DNA of 64,000 nt. Origin: Lingula anatina. Taxonomy: Eukaryota > Animalia > Brachiopoda. The DNA is taken from contig CM120642.1 in the NCBI GenBank assembly GCA_051362555.1, positions 4,774,001 through 4,838,000 on the forward strand, in the 5' to 3' direction. The notes under the pieces were generated by a model. That model saw nothing but the letters and a program-made list of their open reading frames with translations. It was not told the DNA's origin and did not search any database. Of this stretch, positions 46,901 through 56,862 are shown in pieces (within the stretch, counting starts at the first letter, position 1; every line of letters begins with the position of its first letter). A program made the translations under genes and the position numbers.

Positions 46901-49603
46901 CCGCAAAGTGGATATTTTGGAGCTCAATTTCCGATACACCAAGATGTGATAATCTTAGATCGGCGAATAGTTAATTTAATGCTCAGAATATAATCGTATT
47001 TCTGACTTTGTCATAAGAAAGTCACGAGCTCACCTGTACAACTTTGTGCTTGATCGGAGCTCACGGCTTCATCAGAAAAGTGTATCCGATCTCAATGAAA
47101 GAAAAAACGATCCACATTTTAGTCCAGGAAAGTCACATTTGACTGCTGAGCATTTGGTAATCCTGTCGACTGCGCCATTTTTGTAACCGAGGCACGACAA
47201 CAAGTGTATTGTCCTTTTAGAAAAATCTTTATTCGTACTATCTACACAGCCGATCACTGGTGTATCTCACTTTGAATTACGCGCCAACCGCTTTTATAGT
47301 CCAGGGTCACATGACCCACGTGACATAAAAAGGGCGCTAACACCAGTATGCATATTCATATCACATATTTATATACAAGAGCTATTTATAATAAGGCACT
47401 TATATCAATGTACGCTACAATATACTATTACATATATATATATTTATACCTGTGAATACATGAAATACATGTACCCTATTACACGTGTAATGCAATAATA
47501 TTGTAGTAAGATTCTGATTGATGAGAAATGGGATATTTTCTAACCAAATATTTTATCATTCATTTAAAAAGAAAAAAAATTACTAGATTTCATTCATTAT
47601 AGTTACATGTGGCTATCCTATGCTGATCTCCCCCCCCCCCCCTTACAACACTTGGATGAGAAATTCCTCAACCTACTAGTATTTATGTAGTCGAAACGTC
47701 TAATATATCAAAGAGAACCCAGATATAAAAGTGACATTGTTTGGATAGACAAGGCATCAGATAAGACTGCATATCTGGAGGGATGAAGTTATGTCATTGC
47801 CAAAATGTGATTGGCAGCTATTTGACCATTGGCACATTTTCTTTTATTTATGACATGTCATGATGAACTTTTTGCCAACATAATTTTCAACAAAAAGAAA
47901 AAAAAAGGTCAATTATTAATATGTGAAAAATAATTAGAGAACATAATAGATACAGTGTACTTTGATTTATTTTGAAAAAAGCTTTGTTATCATTATTATT
48001 TTTTAAGGAACAATTTCTTGCAAAATGGATATTAATGTTGAGACTAATAAACAACATGCATGCTTCTTGATTCTTCTGTGAATTTAAAGCTATTTATATA
48101 TTTATTCTTTTATTCATTAATTTATTAACTTACTTAGTGAAAGAAAAGGAGACAACTTGCAGTGTAGTTGCATTGACAGGTCCGCATAGTGCTTTTATTT
48201 TGATGTAGATGTACAGCAGACTTATCTGATCTTTTACCCAAATGATCTTTTTTAGAACAAAACCTGTGGGACAAATATTTTTCTTTGGTATTACCTGAAA
48301 TGAAAATCAAAATATTACCAAACTTGAATCTTCAATTGACTCAAACAGATTTTCCAACTCCAAAATGTTTCCTTGTTATGCCACTGTATTTTAAAAGTAT
48401 GCTTTAATCCTCCTCACAGGCTCACCCAGGAACAGAAACCTACAATATAGATGCCTTTAACGATCTGCTCAGCTTGGAGCCCATGGGGAAACAGGTCAGA
48501 ATAGTTGCCCCAATGATGAAGAAAATAATGGATGCCAACCCACAGGGGGTCCACTTGATCTGCTTCTCTCAAGGTGATTTTTTTTTTAATATATATTTAA
48601 TTATTTATTTATTTGTGTATATGTATGTAGAATGACATTTTACTTTTTAGATTCATGAAGAATATAAATATTTTCATGCTTTATTGCAACTTATACATGC
48701 ACCAGCATGTACTGGCAAAATGAACACTTTGACAAGTACACTGTATATATACTCAATAAAACACAATAGTCTATAACTTTATTTTTCTGTAGTATCTTCA
48801 TGCCATATTCAATTTTTGATTTCGCTGAATGTGACTGTCATAAAAAGAAAGTGCCATTTTGATGTAGTTTGGCTGAGTGTTCTGACGGCTTGACTATTAT
48901 TGCTGCAAGCAAATGTTATTATTTATCTTTATACAGAAAGTTTTGCTGGTGTAAAATCAGGTGTCAACTTCTTTCAATTATTTTTTGTCACGCATTCTCA
49001 TTGAGGAAGTTTATCTTTCTTTTTAGAAAGTTTCTTATTGTAATATGCAGTGTTGAATGTTATTACTAGTCACTTGAATTACTAGTACCCCAGTTTGTCC
49101 TCATGGTTGCATTAAGTAAACAAATGACAAGATTTTGTGTAGTCTGTAGAGCTTCCTCTTTCACTTTGTAAGAGCAATTTGAAATTTTTCTTGAAAGTCA
49201 GTCACAGTTATGAAACAACCTTGTGAATTAGTGAGTCACTTCCTCTTTCAGTTCTCTTCTATTAGATATTCATGTTTTAAGGAGTTGCCCATTTTTATTT
49301 ACATTTGATGGAATGCACTTTCCTTTTTTTTCACATTTTCTCAAGAAGGAAGTTTCTTTTAAGAAATTTTCTTATTGTTATATGTAGTGTTAAATGTCAT
49401 AACCAGTTGATAAATTACCCAATTTTCAATGTGACTGCACAATGCACTAGATTCACAGTTTTCAAGATTAATATTTTACGTAGAGCATCCTCCTTCAGTT
49501 TGTAATCTTGAGCTAAATTAAGGTGATTTTTTTCTTGAAAACCAGTCACAGTTGTGGAACAACCTTGTGAATTTGTTAGTCACTTCCTGTTTCGGTTATC
49601 TTC

Positions 49604-49651
<48 letters not shown>

Positions 49652-52600
49652 CCATTTTTTAGGAGTTGCCCATTTTTAATTATGTTACATTGGATGAAAT
49701 GCACTTTCTTTCTTTCTTCCTGTTTTTTTCTTTTCAGGAAAATAAATTCCTTGTAAATTTTTCTCTCATTGATATGGGAATTTTCCATCCACCTAACTAA
49801 CAACCAGATCAACTATGACAATGAAGATATCATGTACAAAAAAGATAAAACCAAGATCTCCTTTCTTACTTCGATGAATGATTTTAGGCAAAGGTCATCT
49901 TTAACTATCATCCAAAGTGACACTCTGGCCATTTTTATGATGTGCTGAAATATCTTAGTCTTACCTTCATCATTTTCCTCTTTCATTGTCATACGCATTG
50001 CTCAGGTATTTGATTTTTGACCTGGTTTTCTAATAATTCTCTGTCAGGCAAATTTTATCACAAAATATTTATAACTAAAATATTATAATAACTATATGTT
50101 TTTTCCAGAATTGGAAGAATTTTTTTATGTCGGTGCTCTCTTATCTTATCAAATTTTATCTAATCTAATCAGTCTCTAACCCCTCATGGTTGGTGGGGTT
50201 ACTGATATGTCCAACAGTGCACCAGGTGTCTTCACCTTTTGCCTTCATTTGGGTCATGACAAAACCTCACCACACACCTGTTATTTGTCATAGTCTGTTT
50301 ATTTATTAATTAATTGTACCACCAGCGTTAGCGCTGGCGGTACACATGGTTTCGGTCCCGTCCGGATCGTTCCGCCGGCTCCGCCGGCTCCGTTGGCTCC
50401 GCCGGCTCCGCCGGACGGCTACCGTTACCGCTTCTCCTCCTAGACGGTAAGGGCCCCCGTACCCATCTCATGGATTTAGGTCACCTATAATCTCAACTCG
50501 TTCCACGTAAAATTTGGGCTTTGTCGGTATTGGGGTCTGGGTGTGGCACTCATTGCAATGCACCCTTGTCTAAAAATTGCAAAATTAAATGCTAATTATC
50601 TACCCTACGGAAGGAGTTATGGGAAAAATTTCTATAGACGGCTTTCCAAAAGTCATATGTGTAGATTTCAAATATACCCTTGGATTTGACCTTTGACCTC
50701 TACTTCAAGGTCAAATGGGCCAAAATTTTCAAAAAAATGAAATTTTTTACGAAAAAAATTTTTTTTGCCCTGTTATTCAGACACCACACAGACTTAATCA
50801 ATAATATTATTGGAAAGTGTTACCCTTCAGGTCATCTTTCATCTCCATGAATTTGGGGTCAATCGGTGCATTTTCACGGGAGTAGCGGCCATAAGATACC
50901 GAAACTGAAAACTGTCTCTAATTCGGGAACCGTTAATGCTAGAGACCCATTTTTTTTTGCATTTTGTAGAGCATGTAAAGCCCAACACTGGAGGTGGTCT
51001 CGGTTTTTTTGTATTCCATACGGTTTTCGAGTTACGCTATATCAAAAAGTACATATTGGTGGTAAAAGCAAAATGTGCAATACGGTAATAGATAATAAAT
51101 TTTGAACTCTGGAAAAATAAAACATAAGGCTTGGCAAAGCAGACAACTTGTGTTCAAAAATGACATTATTTCATCAAATTTGAACTTCTGAAACTTCAGA
51201 GCACCTCCTATTTCAAGAATTTTGACCAAAATGACATTTTCTTTATTTTAATTAATTTTTTCTGTACGAAATTTAAGGCACATTATGGTAACTCCAAAAT
51301 TATAACATCTAGTCCCTTATATCTCCAAAACTGGCAGAGATAGGTCCATAGTTACTATTGAAGTTGAATAGGAAGTCATATACTGGCAATCTTACTATGA
51401 CCTTGAAATTGACCTTTGACCTACTTTTCACCATGAACTGAACTTTGCAAATTTTTCTTCCCTTTTATCTCCAAAACTGGCAGAGATAGGTCCATAGTTA
51501 CTATTGAACTTGAATAGGAAGTCATATACTGGCAATCTAAATGTGACCTTGAAATTGACCTTTGACCTACTTTACACCATGAACTGAATTTTGCAAATTT
51601 TGCTTTCCTTTTATCTCCAAAACTGGCAGAGGTAGGTCCGTAGTTACTATTGAACTTGAATAGGAAGTCATATACTGGCAATCTATATGTGACATTAAAA
51701 TTGACCTTTGACCTACTTTTCACCATGAACTGAATTTTGCAAATTTTGCAAATTTTGCTTTCCTTTTATCTCCAAAACTGGCAGAGATAGGTCCATAGTT
51801 ACTATTGAACTTGAATAGGAAGTCATATACTGGCAATCTAAATGTGACCTTAAAATTGACCTTTGACCTACTTTTCACCATAAACTGAACTTTGCAAAAT
51901 TTGCTTCCCTTTTATCTCCAAAACTGGCAGAGATAGGTCCATAGTTACTCTTGAACTTGAATAGGAAGTCATATACTGGCAATCTAAATGTGACCTTTAA
52001 ATTGACCTTTGACCTACTTTTCACCATGAACTGAACTTTGCAAATTTTTTTTCCCTTTTATCTCCAAAACTGGCAGAGATAGGTCCATAGTTACTATTGA
52101 AGTTGAATAGGAAGTCATATACTGGCAATCTAAATGTGACCTTAAAATTGACCTTTGACCTACTTTACACCATGAACTGAATTTTGCAAATTTTGTTTTC
52201 CTTTTATCTCCAAAACTGGCTGAGATAGGTCCGTAGTTACTATTGAACTTGAATAGGAAGTCATATACTGGCAATCTAAATGTGACCTTGAAATTGACCT
52301 TTGACCTACTTTTCACCATAAACTGAACTTTGCAAATTTTGCTTCCCTTTTATCTCCAAAACTGGCAGAGATAGGTCCATAGTTACTATTGAACTTGAAT
52401 AGGAAGTCACATACTGGCAATCTAAATGTGACCTTGAAATTGACCTTTGACCTACTTTTCACCATGAACTGAACTTTGCAAACTTTTCTTCCCTTTTATC
52501 TCCAAAACTGGCAGAGATAGGTCCATAGTTACTATTGAACTTGAAAAGGAAGTCATATACTGGCAATCTAAATGTGACCTTAAAATTGACCTTTGACCTA

Positions 52601-55600
52601 CTTTACACCATGAACTGAATTTTGCAAATTTTGCTTCCCTTTTATCTCCAAAACTGGCTGAGATAGGTCCGTAGTTACTATTGAACTTGAATAGGAAGTC
52701 ATATACTGGCATTATAAATGTGACATTAAAATTGACCTTTGTCCTACTTTTCACCATAAACTGAACTTTGCAAATTTTGCTTCCCTTTTATCTCCAAAAC
52801 TGGCAGAGATAGGTCCATAGTTACTATTGAACTTGAATAGAAAGTCATATACTGGCAATCTAAATGTGACCTTGAAATTGACCTTTGACCTACTTTTCAC
52901 CATGAACTGAATTTTGCAAAATTTGCTTACCTTTTATCTCCAAAACTGGCTGAGATAGGTCCATAGTTACTATAAAAGTTGAATAGGAAGTCCTATACTG
53001 GCAATCTAAGTGTGACCTTGAAATTGACCTTTGACCTACTTTTTATCATGAACTGAACTCTGCTAATTTCTTTCTCTTTTAACTTCAAACTTGACAGAGA
53101 TAGGTCCATAGTTACTCTTGAACTTGAATAGGAAGTCATATACTGGAAATTTACTGTGACCTTGAAATTGACCCTTGACCTACCTTACGAAGAACTTAAA
53201 TTTGATTGTACCCTATATTTTTTTTGCAATAGTTTAAAAATTCTTGTTGATTGCATTTTTACAGCTTGTCAAGCACAAAACTGGTGGCTGTGTCACTTAT
53301 TTTGTGTATGTGGGGGTCTATACGAATGCGCTTGCTCCAGCTGGTGGTACAATATTTGGAGGCGGTATCGCCTCTCTGATCCTCTAGTTTATTTATATTT
53401 CAGGAGGCCTTGTATGTCGCGGGGTGCTAGAAACTTTGCCTTCCCACAATGTTTATAATTTCATATCCCTCAGCTCTCCTCAGGGGGGACAATTTGGAGG
53501 TATTTACTAAGGCTAAGTGATTAAATATTTAATTAATGGCTCACTAGCTATTGAATATCTCAGTAATCTTCAGTTGGTGAAACTAGTATCTTTCACTTTG
53601 TTTACTTTGTACATTAGAATTAAAATTGAATGTTGTCTCCATACCATCAAAGATGCCTTTAAGGAATGTCAGTATTAAACTGTTAGTGATGATAAGTAAA
53701 ATGTTCCGTACATCCCATAGATATAAAAAAAAATGTTATTACCTTCCCATTGTAATTAAATTGAATGTTACGACCAACTCATTGATGTTAAATAAAATTA
53801 AATGACTGTCCTATTGATATAAAGTAAAATGTAATAACCATCCTATTTTCTTGCAGTGCCTTCCATGCTAAAGCCATTTATTCCTGCAGTGAGCCGGGAA
53901 TATTTATACGAGTATTTTCTTTGTTTGTTTGTTTGTTTGTTTGTTTGTTTGTTTGTTTGTAATGTTTGTTTTGGTTGTGATGGATGTATTTTAATGTTAA
54001 AGTGAAAATCCCAGTTTAGTCAGCTTAAGGATTTGGTTTTGTTGTCGAAATAGCAAGCATAAAGCAGGATATAGTTTCTGAAAGATAATTTTAAAAAATA
54101 CAAATAATTGAACGTAGTTTATGTTTAAAATTGCTGAAAATATAATAGGGTACAAGGCCCATGTCAAAATAATTTATTTAATGGGTTGGCTTTTTATGAT
54201 AAAATTTATTTGTTATATTTTTAGGGTTTTCTATACCTCTGTTGGACAGAATGTGTCTGTAGGAGATTATTGGTACGGTAAGTAAATATCATATCAATCT
54301 TGTTCATTCAGAGGAAGTAGGGACCCTTTCCAGTTAACTTTCTTAAAGTAATTGTATTTGATGTCACTGTACTAACAATTAATTAGGAAAAAGTAAAATA
54401 TGTTTACTGAAAAAGATCTAATTTAACTTATCATTTTATTAATTTTTTTGAATTTTTTTCCCATATAAATCATGAGAGTGTTCTTGATTGACTAGTCTGT
54501 CTTCTGTTGTATTTCAGATCCACATCATTTGGACCTCTTCAAAAAACCTGCCTTAAAGGTTTTCCTTGCACAGTTGAACAATCAGACAGCCAATCCTTAC
54601 AGCAGTGGTAACTTGTTTTCCTTTTAATTTTAAATTTAAATTTTGAATAGTTTTTTAATCACAGGTTTCCTTCTATATATATATTGTGGAAAGAGTTTTG
54701 CACGGTGAAGTCGATCAAAAGAAAATCTTGGTATAAAAACATGAAAGTGTGTGCGTGTTTGTGTGAAACACAACAATGAAACGTAAGATTGTTTGATGGA
54801 TCTTCATCCATCCCTATTGTTATTTTTAGCTTTTAAGAACAACTTCCTAAAAATAAAAAACCTCATCATGATTGGTGGTCCAGATGATGGGGTGATCACA
54901 CCATGGCAGTCTAGGTAAGATGTCCAAAATTAATTAATGTGCTGTTCACTGTCTATCAACCTGATTTTCAGAGGCTCTAGAAACTGAAAGTGGTAGAGAT
55001 GTTGATGGTAGAGAAGTGAGCTTCCAGGAGCCTCTGAAATCTTGGGGAGGAGGGGGGAACTAGAATTAGTGAACAACCAGTTTCTTTCTGTTTGTGTGTA
55101 TAATTTGTCAATACAGCCTAAGGAAAGATGGTGTTCAAGTATATGATATACCCTGGTACAGTAAAAGTACATTTGACCTCTGCTACAAGGGTGCATGTTT
55201 GGCAGATGTCACATGTGAGACATCTGGATGTGGTGTAGCTTGCATTCATGCATAGAGTATTTCAATGAGAGATACACCTTATCTTAATTTTTTTTCTTCA
55301 CATCTGCCATGGTGAATAGTATCAGGCCAGTTATATCTTGGTCAAAGGGGTGGAGTGTAAAGCTTCATTTTTTAAAAATAGTCCAGTGCCTGCAACATGC
55401 AAAAGGCTGTTATTCCTATCAAAATGCAAGGACCATAAACTTAACACTTTTTTTATTATTATTAATGTTTTTCTTCCTATTTCCAGTCACTTTGGAACGT
55501 ATGATGAAAATGAAAATGTAAAAGAAATGGTCAACCAAGAGGTGTGTACATGTATTTGTTTTTAGTGGAAAAAATCCCCTACTTTTAACAAATGTGCTGT

Positions 55601-55910
55601 GAAAATATATTCTATAAGCTCTTCACCACTTTTAGTGCAGACTCTAATTTACTAGCAAAATTTTACTAAATTGCACCAAAAAAACTAATTTATGAAGAAA
55701 ATATGTTGTGTGAGCTTTTAATAAATATATTTATATCAATATACATGTTTGAACTTTTTATTCCAGTATTATATCAAGGACTCATTTGGTCTTCAAACCC
55801 TGAACAAAAGAGGATCATTGCATAAGTATGTTATCCCTGGTGTTAAGCACACTCATTGGCATGGCAATAAGGATGTCTTTGAAAAGTGTATTGAACAGTG
55901 GCTGGATTAG
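37933..55910 (+). CDS. PPT2: Lysosomal thioesterase PPT2-like, copy 2 (tandem paralog, intact frame)
   Basis: 9 exons with the same lengths as copy 1: 37933-38073, 48420-48573, 53404-53499, 53857-53911, 54225-54277, 54518-54607, 54830-54914, 55487-55541, 55767-55910. [19 protein letters not shown] and GVKHTHW are retained. Confidence 0.93.
39006..39307 (-). repeat. 3' LTR
   Basis: TGTAA...TTACA termini, identical by eye to 47182-47483. TATAAAA (~39116-39122) and AATAAA (39052-39057) on the - strand. Confidence 0.97.
39308..39320 (-). other. Polypurine tract region
   Basis: GGGGGG run on the - strand 4 nt before the 3' LTR. Confidence 0.6.
39421..39660. repeat. 120-bp x2 tandem duplication in the element's 3' UTR
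   Basis: 39421-39540 and 39541-39660 align with scattered substitutions. Confidence 0.9.
39735..43889 (-). CDS. pol: Gypsy Pol polyprotein (protease, RT, RNase H, integrase), entered by -1 frameshift
   Basis: 1384-aa ORF with ALVDSGS protease, [10 protein letters not shown] and YLDD RT, HIDAS RNase H, HHCC and DDE integrase ([18 protein letters not shown]). The GTG start in the track is probably not the true start. Confidence 0.97.
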   Translation of the reverse strand: MSREGSLETSKKEDPKNTIQTDDSFQKLLQNLVGSSNESVSIVNNICTYALVDSGSMVTCVSDSFIQQQFPDLPRYSVDQLLLVKGPQDENLPYSCYVELEIAIPVDGTAHVVGVFPVLVAPDTEYNQQIPMLIGTNVLDRLYKQLENKYQGRIPNDKICKSVSLALQTVKLRKRHLEKSQGVYGLLRNKEKIEVGPNQSKFVCCVSQIVIPIPRTIAMVQDCGVAECGVHHEDGLRVTPGVIDLSNGNFEIEITNHQSKSVVLQPGTTVARISQVTMMNPSSELDDESFINQFNLPASGEGISLIKDLLLEQKSVFAQHKLDIGKTSVVKHGIELTDSVPFKDRSRRIPPALYEEVREYLDEMKTAGVIRESASPWASNVVLVRKKDGSLRFCIDYRKLNNRTVRNAHPLPRIEETLDALKGAVWFSSLDLCSGYWQVELKEEDKAKTAFTVGPLGFYECNRMAMGLTNSPATFQHLMESVIGDLNLKTCMIYLDDIIIFSGESISEHVARVREVLCRLKKAGLKLKPSKCQFLQQRIKYLGHVVSSAGIECDSENINCLRHWKTPTNIKETQRFLGFAGFYRRFVKDFAKIAKPLYELTKEEQRKKGAAHWVWKEEHQKAFETLVEKLTNPPILCYPDYTLPFELHIDASSSGLGAVLCQKQDGNTRVVAYASRALNRNEQNYCSNKLEFLALKWAVTQKFHDYLYGHKFVVITDNNPLTYILTTAKLDAAGHRWLASLAAYDFELSYLSGKSNIDADALSLLPTRKCHCSSQIVKDVCSNDHSVGLDVGYSENLPFHPKCFPQVAEWEDLKVDWQEEQSQDPVIQKVREVKLNSDNFRNLPRTDNMKPFKRSWKKLKVVDGVLYHVDHADRKRLVVPSAWREKVFTLTHDEMGHQGRDRTLSIVKQRFFWPGMDHFVSEKLKMCRPCKLGKSPHLPESATMGHLVASQPMEIVCMDFLSLEESKGRVSNILVLTDVFTKYAWAIPTKNQSALTTARVLFDNFMIPYGFPLRLHSDQGRNFESKVIKELCILLGIEKSRTTPYHPMGNGVTERFNRTLIGMMRTLHDDQKLDWKRYVPSLVHSYNCTVHESTGFSPFYLMFGRAPRLAVDVIFGLYTKDEHKDYERYISMLKERLETAYSIANERAKGKRSKNKQRYDNRCRGVVPEVGDRVLLKNVGLKGKHKLANKWRKEVYVIVGQNDSNIPVYMIRQENGKGDIKNVHRNLLLPLIFPMDLREEKITKVSTCRPRHENEFSEITEDSDDSSGVHYVVRYGSEQMIPDEDGSNERVSVEEEDREDDSEQESQVESEGEDVQENDTPVQPRRSTRTRRRPQWMEEGNYVFSQIVPERRSTSASRLLDIYRTFIQSSENMFKQMVELLKES
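43845..43904 (-). promoter_or_regulatory. -1 programmed ribosomal frameshift signal (U UUA AAC plus H-type pseudoknot)
   Basis: The - strand reads TTTAAAC-AGGTAAA-GGTGTCCAG-GGA-GGGATC-A-CTGGAGACC-AGTAAGAAAGAG-GATCCC. The heptamer is in the gag frame and the -1 frame is pol. Confidence 0.85.
43892..44887 (-). CDS. gag: Gag, PNMA-like capsid with CCHC zinc knuckle
   Basis: 331 aa. [19 protein letters not shown] and [15 protein letters not shown] resemble PNMA/Gypsy capsid. Knuckle [14 protein letters not shown]. Confidence 0.93.
   Translation of the reverse strand: MDTHLREQLQALSPEDKAAVLQLLSPESESSISNASHERDSVSQSPRAAPHVGGYSRKLRLFSGRSPTPHGEVDFETWIMQLESILDEGSDTENCRILKQSLLRPALDTVREATTATQVVDILKNVYGIVIDGKELLVQFFINYQKEKETPSQYLQRLYLQVMQVVERGGIEVREVPEHLLRQFIRGSFDEELINKLDLEKLTDPPSFAELLLLVRREEARRTEKRLRLEKKKEARVHSMTVSKESEAANVKMMEELQARVAKLEAKGQVCAPSTASRPEVKTKVERKERRDKKSIFCFKCGEDGHVANGCEKTANAELVQKKLLQKTLNR
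44903..45047. repeat. Direct repeat (about 65 bp x2) just upstream of the gag ATG
   Basis: TCAATGCAAT.ACACCACTCGCATTCACAAGTGCTCACCAAAAATCATGGGAAAATGCTCACAAAA occurs twice. Confidence 0.9.
46540..46790. repeat. Degenerate short-period minisatellite (GGAATCACCAGGG core) in the element leader
   Basis: Repeated GAATCACC/CAGGGGATC units. Confidence 0.75.
47161..47177 (-). other. Primer-binding site, probably tRNA-Ser
   Basis: TGGCGCAGTCGACAGGA on the - strand, 4 nt inside the 5' LTR. It is complementary to a ...TCCTGTCGACTGCG-CCA 3' end resembling invertebrate tRNA-Ser (assignment from memory). Confidence 0.75.
47182..47483 (-). repeat. 5' LTR
   Basis: 302 bp, matches 39006-39307 and is followed by the CGTG TSD. 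Confidence 0.97.
48990..49720. repeat. Old diverged tandem duplication (about 345 bp) plus (AT)n at 49605-49649
   Basis: Parallel blocks such as TTTCTTATTGT.ATATG.AGTGTT, TTCTTGAAA..CAGTCACAGTT and AGGAGTTGCCCATTTTT recur at roughly 340-390 bp offsets. Confidence 0.7.
50311..53389 (+). mobile_element. Non-autonomous Helentron-like (HINE/DINE-1 type) element carrying a satellite array
   Basis: Subterminal IR TTGTACCACCAGC / GCTGGTGGTACAA, 5' internal IR, (CCGCCGGCT)n minisatellite, central tandem repeats, 3' hairpin GAGGCGGTATCGCCTC, CTAGTT end and a T-rich insertion site. Confidence 0.8.
51320..53185. repeat. 146-bp tandem repeat, about 13 copies, with a 438-bp higher-order pattern
   Basis: ATCTCCAAAACTGGC recurs every 146 bp (one unit has a ~9-bp duplication). 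Diagnostic variants cycle every three units. Confidence 0.95.
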
Positions 55911-55969
55911 AGTTGTCTTGCACATGACCAGTGACTGCTGCCATCTATTGCCAAAGGTCTTTGGGCACC

Positions 55970-56120
55970 TTTAGGAATTAAAATGAACAACACTTTACAT
56001 TATTTTAAATGTAGTAATTTATTGTGAGATATTGATACAAATTTGCTTTAGGAATTAAAATTAACAACACTTTTACATTATTTAAAATGTAGTAATTTAT
56101 TGTGAGATATTGATACAAAC
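55970..56120. repeat. Tandem duplication (period about 78 bp) in the PPT2 copy 2 3' UTR
   Basis: TTTAGGAATTAAAAT...GATATTGATACAAA occurs twice. Confidence 0.85.
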
Positions 56121-56862
56121 TTGTTAGGTTTTATGTTAGTTTTAGCAACAATACTTCCCAGTACACCCTTCATGTATACTCAAACAAATTTTATATTGTA
56201 TTTTGAAATGATTCCAATTCCTAGTCAGCATCAATAATTTTTATGTGTTTCATTTGGACATTTTCAATATCTTTTATCCCAGTTGTAAATTTTTGTTACA
56301 ATTTTAATGATATATTTTAAGTTGTTGCTTTAATTTTAAGTTTTCATTTTGGTGCATATGGTTGCATCAAAAATTTTAATATATAATATTATATTGGACA
56401 AATTATGCATACAATGGTAAATGTTGTTATTTATGTTATTTCTCTTTGTGCAATAAGAGCGCTGGCAGGATTTGAAAATAAAACTGCAAGACTAGCTTTT
56501 TAATATTCCTTACTTTTATTAAGTGTGTTCTCTTTAGGGGACTTCTCCATCCTGTACTCTGTGTTTTCTGTGTATCGGAACTGACACACTTCTCCATTCT
56601 CAAATCTTACGTGTTTTAATTTTTACAAAGAAATATAATAAAAAAATCTAAAAATAAATAATGTTGATGTGCCCAGAATATATACCGAAATGCGTTGTCA
56701 CTAAATAGAATGACGAATTATGGGAGTTCATGCCCCCCCCCCCCTTGGTAACTTTTTATGTACAGACACAGATGTGTCTGTACATATAGCCATCATCTGC
56801 GTCTGTCGTCGCCGTCGTCGCCGTCGGCGCCGTCGTCGCCGTCGTCGCCGTCGTGCACTTTT

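Larger units (their letters stand above)
39006..47483 (-). mobile_element. Full-length Ty3/Gypsy LTR retrotransposon, antisense in PPT2 copy 2 intron 1
   Basis: Two 302-bp TG...CA LTRs, 4-bp TSD CGTG (39002-39005 and 47484-47487), PBS, PPT and uninterrupted gag and pol in PR-RT-RH-INT order. Confidence 0.98.

Noticed and set aside
49813-49998. Peptide [11 protein letters not shown] resembling a Tc1/mariner transposase segment
   Set aside because: Too short, and I found no TIRs or catalytic region. It cannot be supported without a search.
51320-53185. Regular array resembling a CRISPR, and three repeated 101-aa ORFs
   Set aside because: Units are whole tandem copies without unique spacers, there are no cas genes and the context is eukaryotic. 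The ORFs are by-products of the satellite.
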